Shown here: piece by piece, positions 1 through 9,362 of the stretch
Layout: every line of letters begins with the position of its first letter
How positions within the stretch are numbered: position 1 is the first letter of the stretch
The notes under the pieces: generated by a model
Told to the model about the DNA's origin: nothing
Database searches by the model: none
What the model saw: the letters and a program-made list of their open reading frames with translations, nothing else
Virus record (IMG/VR): IMGVR_UViG_3300009678_000131
Location: 1 to 25,428 of that record
Origin: a virus
Taxonomy: Duplodnaviria; Caudoviricetes
Reading direction: 5' to 3' (one strand)
DNA: 25,428 bases
Program-made: the position numbers and the translations under genes

Positions 1-102
1 GGATGTCCGGTTGTTTTTCGTCCAACCGTGGCCTCTGCGCTGCGCGAATTAGGTGAACAATTGGATAGAGTAAAGGAAGAAAAGGAGAAAGCTAATGGCT
101 AA
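1..102 (+). CDS. 3' end of a gene running in from upstream (…GCPVVFRPTVASALRELGEQLDRVKEEKEKANG*)
   Basis: Frame 1 is open from base 1 to TAA at 100-102. It overlaps the next ATG at 95, whose SD (AAGGAG, 82-87) lies inside it. Confidence 0.5.
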   Translation, partial: GCPVVFRPTVASALRELGEQLDRVKEEKEKANG

Positions 103-598
103 ATGGAGTTTTAGCAATCCGACCTGGACGGCAACGGTAGTCGGCAACGGCGCCACGATGACGGCGAACGGGGCGTGCTTTGTACTTGGTTCATCGACGC
201 AGTTCATCAGGACTTACGAGGTGTACCTGGGCGGCCAAGCCACAGCCTCGGCGCCAATGATTATGGTTGTGGGCCGCGACTCCACAGTTGCCGCGACCTC
301 GATCACGCTCGGCACCAACGGCTCGTTCACGCCGTTGACCGTGCATACTGCCGCGCTGGCAGCGCCACCGACACCGGGATTCAGCGCCACGACCATGCCG
401 CAGAGAAACGCCGCGTTTCATCTGTTGCAACTCTCGTTCAACGCATTCGGCGGCATCGTCCGATGGGTGGCAGCGCCAGGTGAAGAAATCTCGCAGTACG
501 GCGTAGCGGTCAACGTGGGCGAGATTAGTTTGTCGGCGCACACGGGTTCGACGGCATCGACGGCGCTTGCAAGCCATATCGTAATCGAACCAGATTAA
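95..598 (+). CDS. Hypothetical phage protein, probably structural/decoration (beta-rich)
   Basis: AAGGAG SD plus ATG; 167 aa, Thr/Ala/Gly-rich; lies in the virion operon upstream of the tail adaptor. Confidence 0.7.
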   Translation: MAKWSFSNPTWTATVVGNGATMTANGACFVLGSSTQFIRTYEVYLGGQATASAPMIMVVGRDSTVAATSITLGTNGSFTPLTVHTAALAAPPTPGFSATTMPQRNAAFHLLQLSFNAFGGIVRWVAAPGEEISQYGVAVNVGEISLSAHTGSTASTALASHIVIEPD

Positions 599-601
599 AC
601 A

Positions 602-2926
602 GTGGCGATTTACTACGTTGACTTTACAACCGGTGACGATGGCGATACCGGCTTGAGTGAAGCCTTGGCGTGGAAAACCATTGCCAAGGTCAATGGGTCG
701 TCGTTCTCTGCCGGTGATTCGATCCTGTTCAAGAAGGGTGAAGTTTGGCGCGAGATGCTGACAATGCCATCATCGGGTAGCGCCGGTAATGTCATCACCC
801 TAGGCACATACGGCAGCGGGGCTGCGCCAATCATTAGCGGCTCCGATATTGTAACGGGTTGGACACTTGAAAACATCGTTACCGTTGTGCCGCTTTCGCC
901 AATGCCACTTTCATACTGGTATTTTGAGGATGCTGCTTCGCCATCACTCGATGGTAACGGGGTTAATAATCTTACATGGGCAGGATCAGCAGCCCAATCG
1001 GCTACGCACCATGAAGGGACATATTCGATAGCAACCCCAACGACCAGTGACAACGCCTTTATCACACTAGCAAATGAGTCTGCGACCTTTCCATTCAAAG
1101 GTACAACGACGGGTTTTACTATTGGCGGCTGGATAAACATCAAGGGTAATTTTGCCGCCTTTCGTTCAATGGCAGCGCATAGCGATTTTTCAAGTAGGGG
1201 ATGGTTGATTGCGGGCAGCGGAACTATCGGTAAATTTAGAGCGCGAGTCTATTCCGCTGGCGGCACGGCCACAATCGACCAAGCGGGCGCTGCGTACACC
1301 GGCGATGGATGGCACCATGTTGTCCTTAGATGGAACGGTGAAAACGTCGCAAACGCAGGTGCCGATGACGAAATATCGTTTTGGATAGATGGTGTCAAGG
1401 AATCAACTACGGTTACTCGCACCTCAGTCGCTCTAAATACCGCGCAGTCTCTTGCTTTTATAGGCGCTGCTGACGGCGCGTTAAATTACGATGAATGGTT
1501 TGTGTTTACTGAAGCGATTACCGATACCGTAATAGGTACTATCTATACATCCGGCTTGAGCGCATTGGGGTCATCGACCAATTTCGACGCCTACAAAAAA
1601 GTGGTTAGCGTACAACCTAGTATAGTTTATGAAACCGATACCCGGTTGGGCGAGGTAATCACTACTAAAAACAATCTAACCGCAGGAACATTCTTTTGGG
1701 ATGCAGGTGGCGGGCAGGTTTATATTCGGACAACTGGCGACGATGATCCCGCAGGTTATACAATGGAAGTCGGCCAACGTGCCGAGGCAATTTACACCAA
1801 CGATAAAACGAATATCACGATTGACGGATTGACATTGAGAGATGGCAATTCTCACTCCATCGTCGTTGGCAGCGTGACCGTAACCAATAACATCGTTCAA
1901 AACTGCATCCTTGAACGATCTGCACTAGACGGAATAGATTTAAGAGGATCGACCACAGCGATAAACGCAATCGTTGATAGCTGCACAATCAGAAACAACG
2001 GCGGATGGGGTATTTGGGTCGACAACGCTTACTCGGTCGGTGGTGAACTGAAAAACAACACGATCACCGGGAATGGGTTGGTTTCGGTTTTTAATAACCA
2101 ACAGTACAGTGGTATTCAGGGTTATTTGGGTTTGTTTAACATCTTCGGCAATACAATTTACGACAATACCCATGTTGGCAACACAGCGGGATTAAGTCAC
2201 GGAATATATGTTCTTACTAGCGCAGTCGTAACAAACATTTACCAAAATACGATTTACGGGCACCTTTATGGTGATGGCATCAAGTTAATCGGCTCCGCTA
2301 ACGTCTACCGCAACGAGATTTACGGCAATGCCAGTTCCGGCGTCGAGGCAGGACAAAACAGTTCGACCAATGTTGTCTATGCGATTTATTCCAACGTGAT
2401 TTACGGCAACAATACTGCCGAAACGTCATCGGGTATCACTGAGCAGACCAAGGGCGCCGGCACTCTTAGCCTAACGATTTGGAATAACACCATCTGGAAG
2501 AACGGCGGAACGACTCAGCAAGAGGTGAAAATCGCGGATAATTTAACCGCGTTTGACATGCGGAATAATCTTATTGTTGCCACCGATACCCGCCGCACTT
2601 TGAACATGGTCACGCAGTCGGCGGCAACTATCGACTACAATCTACATTGGCGGGCAGACGGAGCGCCTAACATCAATCACAATGGCGCGTTTCCATCATG
2701 GGCCACATGGCAAGCCACTTACGATACCAACGGGGTCAATGCAGACCCGCTTTTGACCGATCCCGGCAACGACGATTTTACTTTACAAGCAGCATCACCA
2801 GCTAAGAATGCAGGAGTTGATGTTGGATTAACTGTGGATTTCATAGGCGCTCCTATCTATGGACTGCCGGACATAGGCGCGTATGAGTATACTCCGACAA
2901 CTTTATTTGGGGCGGTAATGTTTTAA
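602..2926 (+). CDS. Right-handed parallel beta-helix (pectin-lyase-like) protein with an inserted LamG/ConA-like domain; putative spike or decoration protein
   Basis: N-terminal YYVD…GDD…AWKTIAKVN…AGDSILFKKG cap, many NNTI/GNTIY/GI repeats and a C-terminal DP…FTLQAASPA…PDIGAYEY. LamG motifs (YWYFED, FTIGGWI, WHHVVLRW, FWIDG, YDEWFVF) lie at ~900-1560. GTG start, no signal peptide. Confidence 0.8.
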   Translation: MAIYYVDFTTGDDGDTGLSEALAWKTIAKVNGSSFSAGDSILFKKGEVWREMLTMPSSGSAGNVITLGTYGSGAAPIISGSDIVTGWTLENIVTVVPLSPMPLSYWYFEDAASPSLDGNGVNNLTWAGSAAQSATHHEGTYSIATPTTSDNAFITLANESATFPFKGTTTGFTIGGWINIKGNFAAFRSMAAHSDFSSRGWLIAGSGTIGKFRARVYSAGGTATIDQAGAAYTGDGWHHVVLRWNGENVANAGADDEISFWIDGVKESTTVTRTSVALNTAQSLAFIGAADGALNYDEWFVFTEAITDTVIGTIYTSGLSALGSSTNFDAYKKVVSVQPSIVYETDTRLGEVITTKNNLTAGTFFWDAGGGQVYIRTTGDDDPAGYTMEVGQRAEAIYTNDKTNITIDGLTLRDGNSHSIVVGSVTVTNNIVQNCILERSALDGIDLRGSTTAINAIVDSCTIRNNGGWGIWVDNAYSVGGELKNNTITGNGLVSVFNNQQYSGIQGYLGLFNIFGNTIYDNTHVGNTAGLSHGIYVLTSAVVTNIYQNTIYGHLYGDGIKLIGSANVYRNEIYGNASSGVEAGQNSSTNVVYAIYSNVIYGNNTAETSSGITEQTKGAGTLSLTIWNNTIWKNGGTTQQEVKIADNLTAFDMRNNLIVATDTRRTLNMVTQSAATIDYNLHWRADGAPNINHNGAFPSWATWQATYDTNGVNADPLLTDPGNDDFTLQAASPAKNAGVDVGLTVDFIGAPIYGLPDIGAYEYTPTTLFGAVMF

Positions 2927-3606
2927 TGACTGTCACCGTTGCGGGTATAACCGAGAGCTTGCGCATCGACACGTCGGACCCAATGACGTGGAGCAGCTTC
3001 AATGCTGCCTCACCCCAAGGCGTTGTTGTCCTATTAGCGCACGGCACCGAGTCAACCGACTTGGTGGTGGGTGTTACTTACGGCACAGCGGTTCTCCAGC
3101 GTTGTTGCACCGCCGTCGATACCACAACTGAACCAGGACGGTCCTACGCCTACTTTTGGGGATCGGGTATTCCCACTGGTGTGCAGACCATCACGGTTGA
3201 CCTGACATCGGGCACCACCACAGATATTTTTGGCGCTGCGTATTCCCTCGATGGTGCCGCTAACTTGATGGTTATTGATTCCGATACCCGAGACAATAAC
3301 GCGGCTGCCGACCCAACTATCCTAACGCTCCAATATGCGGGGCGAAGTTCTATGGCCTTTGCGGTGTGTTACAGCGGCGTCACCGCCAACACAACGCTGA
3401 CCGTGCACGCAACCTCCACCAAAGACAGCACGACCGACTTGGCCGGCAACTTTACTTGCGGCGTGCAGCATCAGACGACGGCAGGAACGGCAGACTATTC
3501 GATTCAGTGGGGCGGTGTAGGCGTCGATGACTTGGCGTTTGCCACGCTTGCAGTTACGGAAGTTATTGCCATCCCTGGTCCGCTTGCAATGATGTCATGG
3601 TTCTAA
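2926..3606 (+). CDS. Hypothetical beta-sandwich virion protein
   Basis: TAATG coupling to the previous gene; 226 aa, Thr/Val/Gly-rich with VVGVTYG…DTTTEPG…GIPTGVQTITV segments; ends in the hydrophobic tail PLAMMSWF. Confidence 0.7.
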   Translation: MTVTVAGITESLRIDTSDPMTWSSFNAASPQGVVVLLAHGTESTDLVVGVTYGTAVLQRCCTAVDTTTEPGRSYAYFWGSGIPTGVQTITVDLTSGTTTDIFGAAYSLDGAANLMVIDSDTRDNNAAADPTILTLQYAGRSSMAFAVCYSGVTANTTLTVHATSTKDSTTDLAGNFTCGVQHQTTAGTADYSIQWGGVGVDDLAFATLAVTEVIAIPGPLAMMSWF

Positions 3607-3607
3607 A

Positions 3608-5137
3608 ATGGCATTTAACTCATACCAATCGCCACCGCGCCGATACAACCAGGCTAATGAAGCTGGTTGGGTTCAGAACCTTTTAGGTAAAACCTACGGC
3701 GCTGTCAGCACTCAAACTCAGCGGCTTCCGTTAATCACTAAAATTATTGCCGTATCGTCGTTTGCGGCAATCATTGCTCAACCGATCCCCAATTTACTTG
3801 GGACGACGCTTAAATCGGTACCAACGCCATTTTCTCAAACCGAATGGCCTAATCCGCAACGCAGGGTATCATTCCGTCATCCAGAGGTGCATCGGTCAGT
3901 AAAGACCGTTAGCGTCTATTCGCTTGAACTTGAAGCCGGTTCGTATTCGATAACCGGCGCCGATCTTACCCCATTAGCTGGCCGCGCCGTAAACCTCGAA
4001 TCTGGTTCTTATGCGCTTACTGGCGCCGACCTTACCCCACTAGCCGGGCGTGCGCTCAATCTTGAAGCTGGCAGTTATGCTATAACCGGCGCTGATCTAA
4101 CCGTCGCCGTAGATCGAAGTCTCGATCTTGAAGCGGGCACCTATACCATCACCGGGGCGGATTTAACACCATTAGCGGGTCGCGCCCTGGACCTTGAAGC
4201 CGGAACCTACGCTACAACTGGCGCCGACGTAACCTTCGATTATGTTCCTTCAGCCGAGGCGCCCTTTGTTCAAAACGATTGGCCCAACCCACAGCGTAGG
4301 ATTAAATTTCGCCATCCAGGGGTATTTCGATCTGAAAAGGCGACAGTCAACGCTTATTCACTTAACCTCGAATCTGGTAGTTATGCTCTCACTGGCGCTG
4401 ACGTAACCTTCGTCTATGTCCCTTCAGCGCAGGCGCCATTCGCCAAAACCGACTGGCCTAATCCAAACCCTCGACCGTTAAACTTCGCGGCTTACGGCTA
4501 CACGGTACGGCTACCGGAAAAACAAAAGCCATTCTTACAACACGACTGGCCTAACCCGTACTCGAAGATTCGCATTGCCTATCGTCCGCCGACGATGTAC
4601 AGGCCGGATAAGCCGGCACTCAACGCTTACTCGCTCGATCTTGAAGCGGGGAGTTATGTTCTCAGTGGCGCGGGCGCCACGTTGGATTACAGCGGCACGC
4701 CAACCGCCTATGATCTCAACCTTGAGGCTGGCACCTACGTTGTCACTGGCGCTGACTTAACGACACTGGCGGCAAGGACGCTTGAATTAGAGGCTGGCAG
4801 TTACACCGTCACCGGCACAGTATTAACGCCTATAGCGGACCGGACGCTTGAATTGGAAGCCGGGACTTATGCCATTACCGGCGCCGACCTAACGGCTTTG
4901 GTAGGTCGCGCTCTCAACCTTGAACCTGGCACTTACACCATTACCGGCGCTACCGCCACGTTACAGGGACCACTCGCCATATCCGATGGTGATGAAGTGC
5001 AAGTCTTGATAGCGCCGGATGGCATCGCCTGCACGGTGCTTACCGACAGCGGCACAACGGTAAAGGTTGTTATTTCCAGCGCAAAGCAAATCCACGTCCT
5101 AACCACCGGCGGCGCACCGATAAAGGTAATTATATGA
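3608..5137 (+). CDS. Repeat-rich structural protein (11 LxLE[ASP]G[ST]Y-type repeats and 4 PFxxx[DE]WPNP motifs); putative fibre/scaffold
   Basis: Repeats are visible in the protein and the DNA; ATGA overlap with the tail adaptor gene. Confidence 0.75.
   Translation: MAFNSYQSPPRRYNQANEAGWVQNLLGKTYGAVSTQTQRLPLITKIIAVSSFAAIIAQPIPNLLGTTLKSVPTPFSQTEWPNPQRRVSFRHPEVHRSVKTVSVYSLELEAGSYSITGADLTPLAGRAVNLESGSYALTGADLTPLAGRALNLEAGSYAITGADLTVAVDRSLDLEAGTYTITGADLTPLAGRALDLEAGTYATTGADVTFDYVPSAEAPFVQNDWPNPQRRIKFRHPGVFRSEKATVNAYSLNLESGSYALTGADVTFVYVPSAQAPFAKTDWPNPNPRPLNFAAYGYTVRLPEKQKPFLQHDWPNPYSKIRIAYRPPTMYRPDKPALNAYSLDLEAGSYVLSGAGATLDYSGTPTAYDLNLEAGTYVVTGADLTTLAARTLELEAGSYTVTGTVLTPIADRTLELEAGTYAITGADLTALVGRALNLEPGTYTITGATATLQGPLAISDGDEVQVLIAPDGIACTVLTDSGTTVKVVISSAKQIHVLTTGGAPIKVII
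3923..4960 (+). repeat. Degenerate coding repeats with a 66-bp (22-aa) unit, in two arrays separated by WPNP-containing inserts
   Basis: Repeat GAA codons at 3932, 3998 and 4064 are 66 bp apart. 4217-4266 and 4391-4440 are near-duplicates (actggcgc[c/t]gacgtaaccttcg…ccttcagc). Confidence 0.85.
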
Positions 5138-5748
5138 GCACAGACACCGACCTTGCCAACCAAGCCCTAGCACTTATCGGACAAGACTCCGTGCCGTCGC
5201 TGTTGACCTCTCTAAACAACAAGACGGTGGTGGCAATCAACGCGCACCTGGCAAACACCAAGGAGCAAGTCCTAAGAATGCGCGACTGGAATTGTGCGCG
5301 GCGCCGGGCAACTTTGTCGCTTACCGCCAACAATGAAAGCCTCGGCGAGTGGACTTATGCTTACCGCACACCATCGGACTGCCTAGCGGTGCGCCGACTT
5401 ATCTGTTTCCCGTACACCAATCAGCGCCATGTCTTTTCCTGGGAAGTGGACAGCGAAGGCAAGCGCGTTCTTTACTGCCACCTAGAGAATGCCGCCATCA
5501 TTTACCAAGCCAACATTACCGACGTGAACAGGTGGGACCGGCTGCTATTCAATGCGTGTGCGGCGCTCTTGGCGTCACGGCTTGCCGCCTCGTTCGGCAA
5601 GGATGTCAAGATGGCGGAGAAGTTCCTGATGGACGCTTACCGCGAGTTCGATGAAGCCGTGGGCGTGGACGAGGGCGAAGGCAACCGCGAGATAGAGGTG
5701 TCGACTGACTTTATCGACGTGCGGAATGGTGGTTATGGCAATTACTGA
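5134..5748 (+). CDS. Tail tubular protein A / head-tail adaptor (T7 gp11-like)
   Basis: DLANQALALIG…EQVLRMRDWNCARRRATL…WTYAYRTPSDCL…LLASRLA pattern; ~200 aa; directly upstream of the nozzle gene. Confidence 0.8.
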   Translation: MSTDTDLANQALALIGQDSVPSLLTSLNNKTVVAINAHLANTKEQVLRMRDWNCARRRATLSLTANNESLGEWTYAYRTPSDCLAVRRLICFPYTNQRHVFSWEVDSEGKRVLYCHLENAAIIYQANITDVNRWDRLLFNACAALLASRLAASFGKDVKMAEKFLMDAYREFDEAVGVDEGEGNREIEVSTDFIDVRNGGYGNY

Positions 5749-8700
5749 TGGCGTTCAATGTTTCCAGAATTAACTTTGCGCTCAATGTCGGCGAAGTCTC
5801 CCCCCGTTTCGAGGCACGCCAGGACAAGACCGAGAAGTATTCCTCCGCCTGCCGTATCCTCAGAAACTGGCTTCCCGTCACCATGGGTGGTGTCAAGCGG
5901 CGTGAAGGATTTGCCTATAGCGCCAAGGCTAAATATAGCGGGCTGGAGAATGCCGATGTCAGACTTATAGACTTCCGCTTCTCGTCGACTCAAGCCTACA
6001 TGCTGGAGTTTGGCGACTTCTATGTGCGCTTCTTCAAGGACGGCGTTCCGCTCATGGACCCGGTTAACCCGGCGATACCCCATGAGCTAGTCACACCGTT
6101 CGGCATTGCCGACCTTGACCTTATCAAGATAGGCAGCTTTCAATCCGCCGATGTCATGTATATCTGCACCGGCATCTACCCGGTGCAAAAGCTCGCCAGA
6201 ATAGCAGTATCGCCAGATGAGTTCACCCTAAGCGCGGTATCCTTTAATCCGCCGGCGACTCACGCCGATACGCCGCTAGGCACCGAGATAGGCAGCGGTA
6301 CCTTGACTCTTTCGGCTGTCACCGGCGACGGTATCAACATCACGGCGGCGAATGCGTGCTGGCTTGACGGCGACGTAGGGCGCACTCTAGTAAGCGGCGC
6401 GGGGCGGGCGGTTATTACTACTTTCACTTCTGCCAACATCCTAGTTGCCGATGTCGTCAGCGATTTTGTCAGTACCACGATTTTAGAGGACGAATGGCAC
6501 TTTGAGGGCTTTGGCGCCATAGCCGTAGACCCTACCAATCGGCTTGCCGGTCAAGGCGTGGGGCTTGACGCCGGCAATAACATTTTCCGCGCTACCGATG
6601 TCGACAAATACATGACGATTTACGGCGGGCTGATAAAGCTGACCGCCTACATCAATGGCGCTAAGATGAATGGCATCATCCTGAATACGCTTATTGACGT
6701 GCCTAACGATCCGGCCAGCGGCTTACCGTATGGCGACCCGCCAAGCACTACGGTATGGGGCATCGAGCATGAGTCATGGACCGATATTCTCGGCTATCCG
6801 GTATGCGGTTGTTTCTTTCAGTCGCGCATGTGGCTCTGCAAGGGAATGACCATCAACGGCAGCGTGACCGGCGACTTCGAGAACTTCTCCAAGGGCGCCA
6901 ATGCCGACGACGCTATTCAGCGCACCATTGACGACGACCAGGTAAACCCTATTCGCTGGATAAAGGCGGTGCGCTCGCTCCAGGTAGGCACAGGTGGCAG
7001 CGCGTATGAGGTAACGGCATCGACCCCCGGTAAGGCGCTATCGCCGTCCGACTTCAACGTGTTGCCTATCAGCAGCCGCGGCAGCGCCAATATCCCGCCT
7101 ACCCGCATCGGCGGGCAGCTTATTCATGTCCAGTTTGGACAGAAGAAGATACGGGAACTGGTCTTTGATTTCGTAACCGACAAGTTCAGGTCACCTTCGC
7201 TTGTAATGTTGGCAGAGCACTTGACCGAAAATAAATTCCTGATGGACGTGGCTTTCCAGCAGGAACCAGACTCTATTGTTTGGCTGGTACGAAACGACGG
7301 GATGCTTCTGGCGCTAACGTACCAAGAGGACGAGAACGTCATTGCATGGTCGACGCATCCCACTACCGGCGAAGTGACCAGTGTTGCCTGCATACCCCGA
7401 CCAACTACCGGCAAGGACTGGCTTTGGGCCAGTATCGAGCGCGATATAAACGGCGTGACCGAAACCTTTATCGAGCACATGGAGCCGGATGCCGCCGTCA
7501 ATCGCGAGTGGGCTAGTTTGCAAACCGACTGCGCCAGTCTCGCCGTGCCGGATGCTAACCTACTCATTACCGGCGCTGACCACCTAGAGGGCGCCACAGT
7601 TAGGGTAATAGGCGACGGTATGCTATTCAGCGATGCCGTGGTGACGGGTGGGCAGTTCACCCTGGAGCCGGCGATAGCCGTGGCTCAAGTAGAGTACGGG
7701 CTTGACTATGAGTCCGAAGGACTGACATGCGAGCCATTTATACCCCCCGAGCAGGGCGGCATGTTCATGTGCCGGCGCTGGAAAGCGTTGGGGATGCGCG
7801 TGCGTAGGGCTGGACCCGGACTGACGCTCAACGTGGACGATAGCGCCGATGTCGGCTTGGCGATCCTCAGACCGGATCACCCCATGGACGCGGCTATCCC
7901 GCTCCAAGAGGGTAAGCTCTGCACCGAGCAGACCAATTATAATCCATTCTGCCGGGTGTCATTCAAGCAGACTTTGCCATTCCCCGCCGAGGTGATGAAT
8001 ATCGTCGGCGACTTGGAGATAGGCACGGAATGGTGCTGTGAAACGGTGGACGAGAATCCCGATTTTGAGCTACTCGACTTGGGCGGTGGCGGCGCAGAGC
8101 CGGAGGTTTGCAATGACCTGACATTTCGGGGGCAGCAGAGCATTATTAACACGGTGGCATTCGACCAAGAAGCCACGTTTGGCGGCGGCAATTTGCGCAC
8201 GTCATGGGGGTATATCAGCGACGGCGAGTTGTGGAGTCTCATAGGGCAAGCCGGATGCGACGGTGGCAATATGGCATATACCGCCACTTGCGTGCAGATC
8301 AACCACTACGTCGATGACGTGCCAACGCTAGATTCTGGCGCGGCACCGAGTATGCCAGATGCGGCGGCGCCGTTTAGCAACGCCATGGTGGGAACCTCCG
8401 ATGTGCCGGTATGGGTCGGCAATTCAAACGCTTACGGTGGGCTGCGAATCTACTACGACAACGGCATAAATTATGTTGAGTACGCGACACCCTCTGTCAA
8501 CGGTGGTGGGCGGACCGTGGCGACGTACCTTGTCGACGGTAATGAAGTATGGACCATCAACGGTGGTGGTATGGACGGCGGTCCTCCGCAAACCGAGTTG
8601 AGTAGATTCAATAAAGCGACGGGGGTAAAACTTAACGCTTACTATCCATTCAACAATGACGAAGTGTTGGTGTTTAACCTGCAATGCACCACAGATTATT

Positions 8701-9362
8701 TGTATTGTTGCGGTACGACCAGTGGAGTCACAAGGCTTTACAAGATCAACCGCACTACTGGCGCGTTAGTTGAGTCGCTCATAATTACCTCTTTGGAGGT
8801 GGTATGGTTGGCGGTGGCAAACGACGCACTTATTTATCTCTTTGCTCCTGGCATTCCGGCAGTCGTTTACTACATCAAGAACTTCAGCGAGATCGTCTAC
8901 GTCGGGCAAATGTCAGGCGCAGGTTTTAGTCCGTCCGGTTCTGGCACGGCAATCTGGAATAACGGGACCCTGTATTTTGGCGCCGATGGCGATTCGGGAT
9001 TCACGACCGATGTGCACAAGGTAGCAATCGCCTGTCCTACTGATTTGACGGCTCCCATCCTTGCCTCGGTGCTGACCGATCCAACCGTGGTTGCCGGGGC
9101 TGATATTACCGTCGATTGGGTCAGCGTGCTTGAGCCAAACGCCAGCGATAAGATTTACATATTCACCGAACCGGCGGCGGGTGTTTATGGGTGGACTGAT
9201 GGCGAAGTGGCGGTGACGAATCAGCTTATCACGTCGGCGATCGGCACCGGCACGATGGACATTACCATTCCCGGCGGCACGACACCGGGCAGCTACGTCG
9301 CCATCTACGTTACGAGTAACAATAAATGGGTGGTGACTAGCGCGCCTTTCACGGTGACATGA
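5748..9362 (+). CDS. Tail tubular protein B / nozzle (T7 gp12/P22 gp10-like) with a long C-terminal extension
   Basis: GEVSPRFEAR…ACRILRNW…GGVKRREG N-terminus; QSADVMYI, GYPVCGCFFQSRMW, FQQEPDSIVWLVRNDG, AWSTH, HLEGATVRVIGDG and QTLPFPAEV motifs typical of podovirus nozzles. Confidence 0.85.
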   Translation: MAFNVSRINFALNVGEVSPRFEARQDKTEKYSSACRILRNWLPVTMGGVKRREGFAYSAKAKYSGLENADVRLIDFRFSSTQAYMLEFGDFYVRFFKDGVPLMDPVNPAIPHELVTPFGIADLDLIKIGSFQSADVMYICTGIYPVQKLARIAVSPDEFTLSAVSFNPPATHADTPLGTEIGSGTLTLSAVTGDGINITAANACWLDGDVGRTLVSGAGRAVITTFTSANILVADVVSDFVSTTILEDEWHFEGFGAIAVDPTNRLAGQGVGLDAGNNIFRATDVDKYMTIYGGLIKLTAYINGAKMNGIILNTLIDVPNDPASGLPYGDPPSTTVWGIEHESWTDILGYPVCGCFFQSRMWLCKGMTINGSVTGDFENFSKGANADDAIQRTIDDDQVNPIRWIKAVRSLQVGTGGSAYEVTASTPGKALSPSDFNVLPISSRGSANIPPTRIGGQLIHVQFGQKKIRELVFDFVTDKFRSPSLVMLAEHLTENKFLMDVAFQQEPDSIVWLVRNDGMLLALTYQEDENVIAWSTHPTTGEVTSVACIPRPTTGKDWLWASIERDINGVTETFIEHMEPDAAVNREWASLQTDCASLAVPDANLLITGADHLEGATVRVIGDGMLFSDAVVTGGQFTLEPAIAVAQVEYGLDYESEGLTCEPFIPPEQGGMFMCRRWKALGMRVRRAGPGLTLNVDDSADVGLAILRPDHPMDAAIPLQEGKLCTEQTNYNPFCRVSFKQTLPFPAEVMNIVGDLEIGTEWCCETVDENPDFELLDLGGGGAEPEVCNDLTFRGQQSIINTVAFDQEATFGGGNLRTSWGYISDGELWSLIGQAGCDGGNMAYTATCVQINHYVDDVPTLDSGAAPSMPDAAAPFSNAMVGTSDVPVWVGNSNAYGGLRIYYDNGINYVEYATPSVNGGGRTVATYLVDGNEVWTINGGGMDGGPPQTELSRFNKATGVKLNAYYPFNNDEVLVFNLQCTTDYLYCCGTTSGVTRLYKINRTTGALVESLIITSLEVVWLAVANDALIYLFAPGIPAVVYYIKNFSEIVYVGQMSGAGFSPSGSGTAIWNNGTLYFGADGDSGFTTDVHKVAIACPTDLTAPILASVLTDPTVVAGADITVDWVSVLEPNASDKIYIFTEPAAGVYGWTDGEVAVTNQLITSAIGTGTMDITIPGGTTPGSYVAIYVTSNNKWVVTSAPFTVT

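Noticed and set aside
3923-4960. CRISPR-like array (66-bp periodicity)
   Set aside because: The repeats are degenerate at synonymous positions, lie inside an ORF and have no unique spacers, so they are coding repeats.
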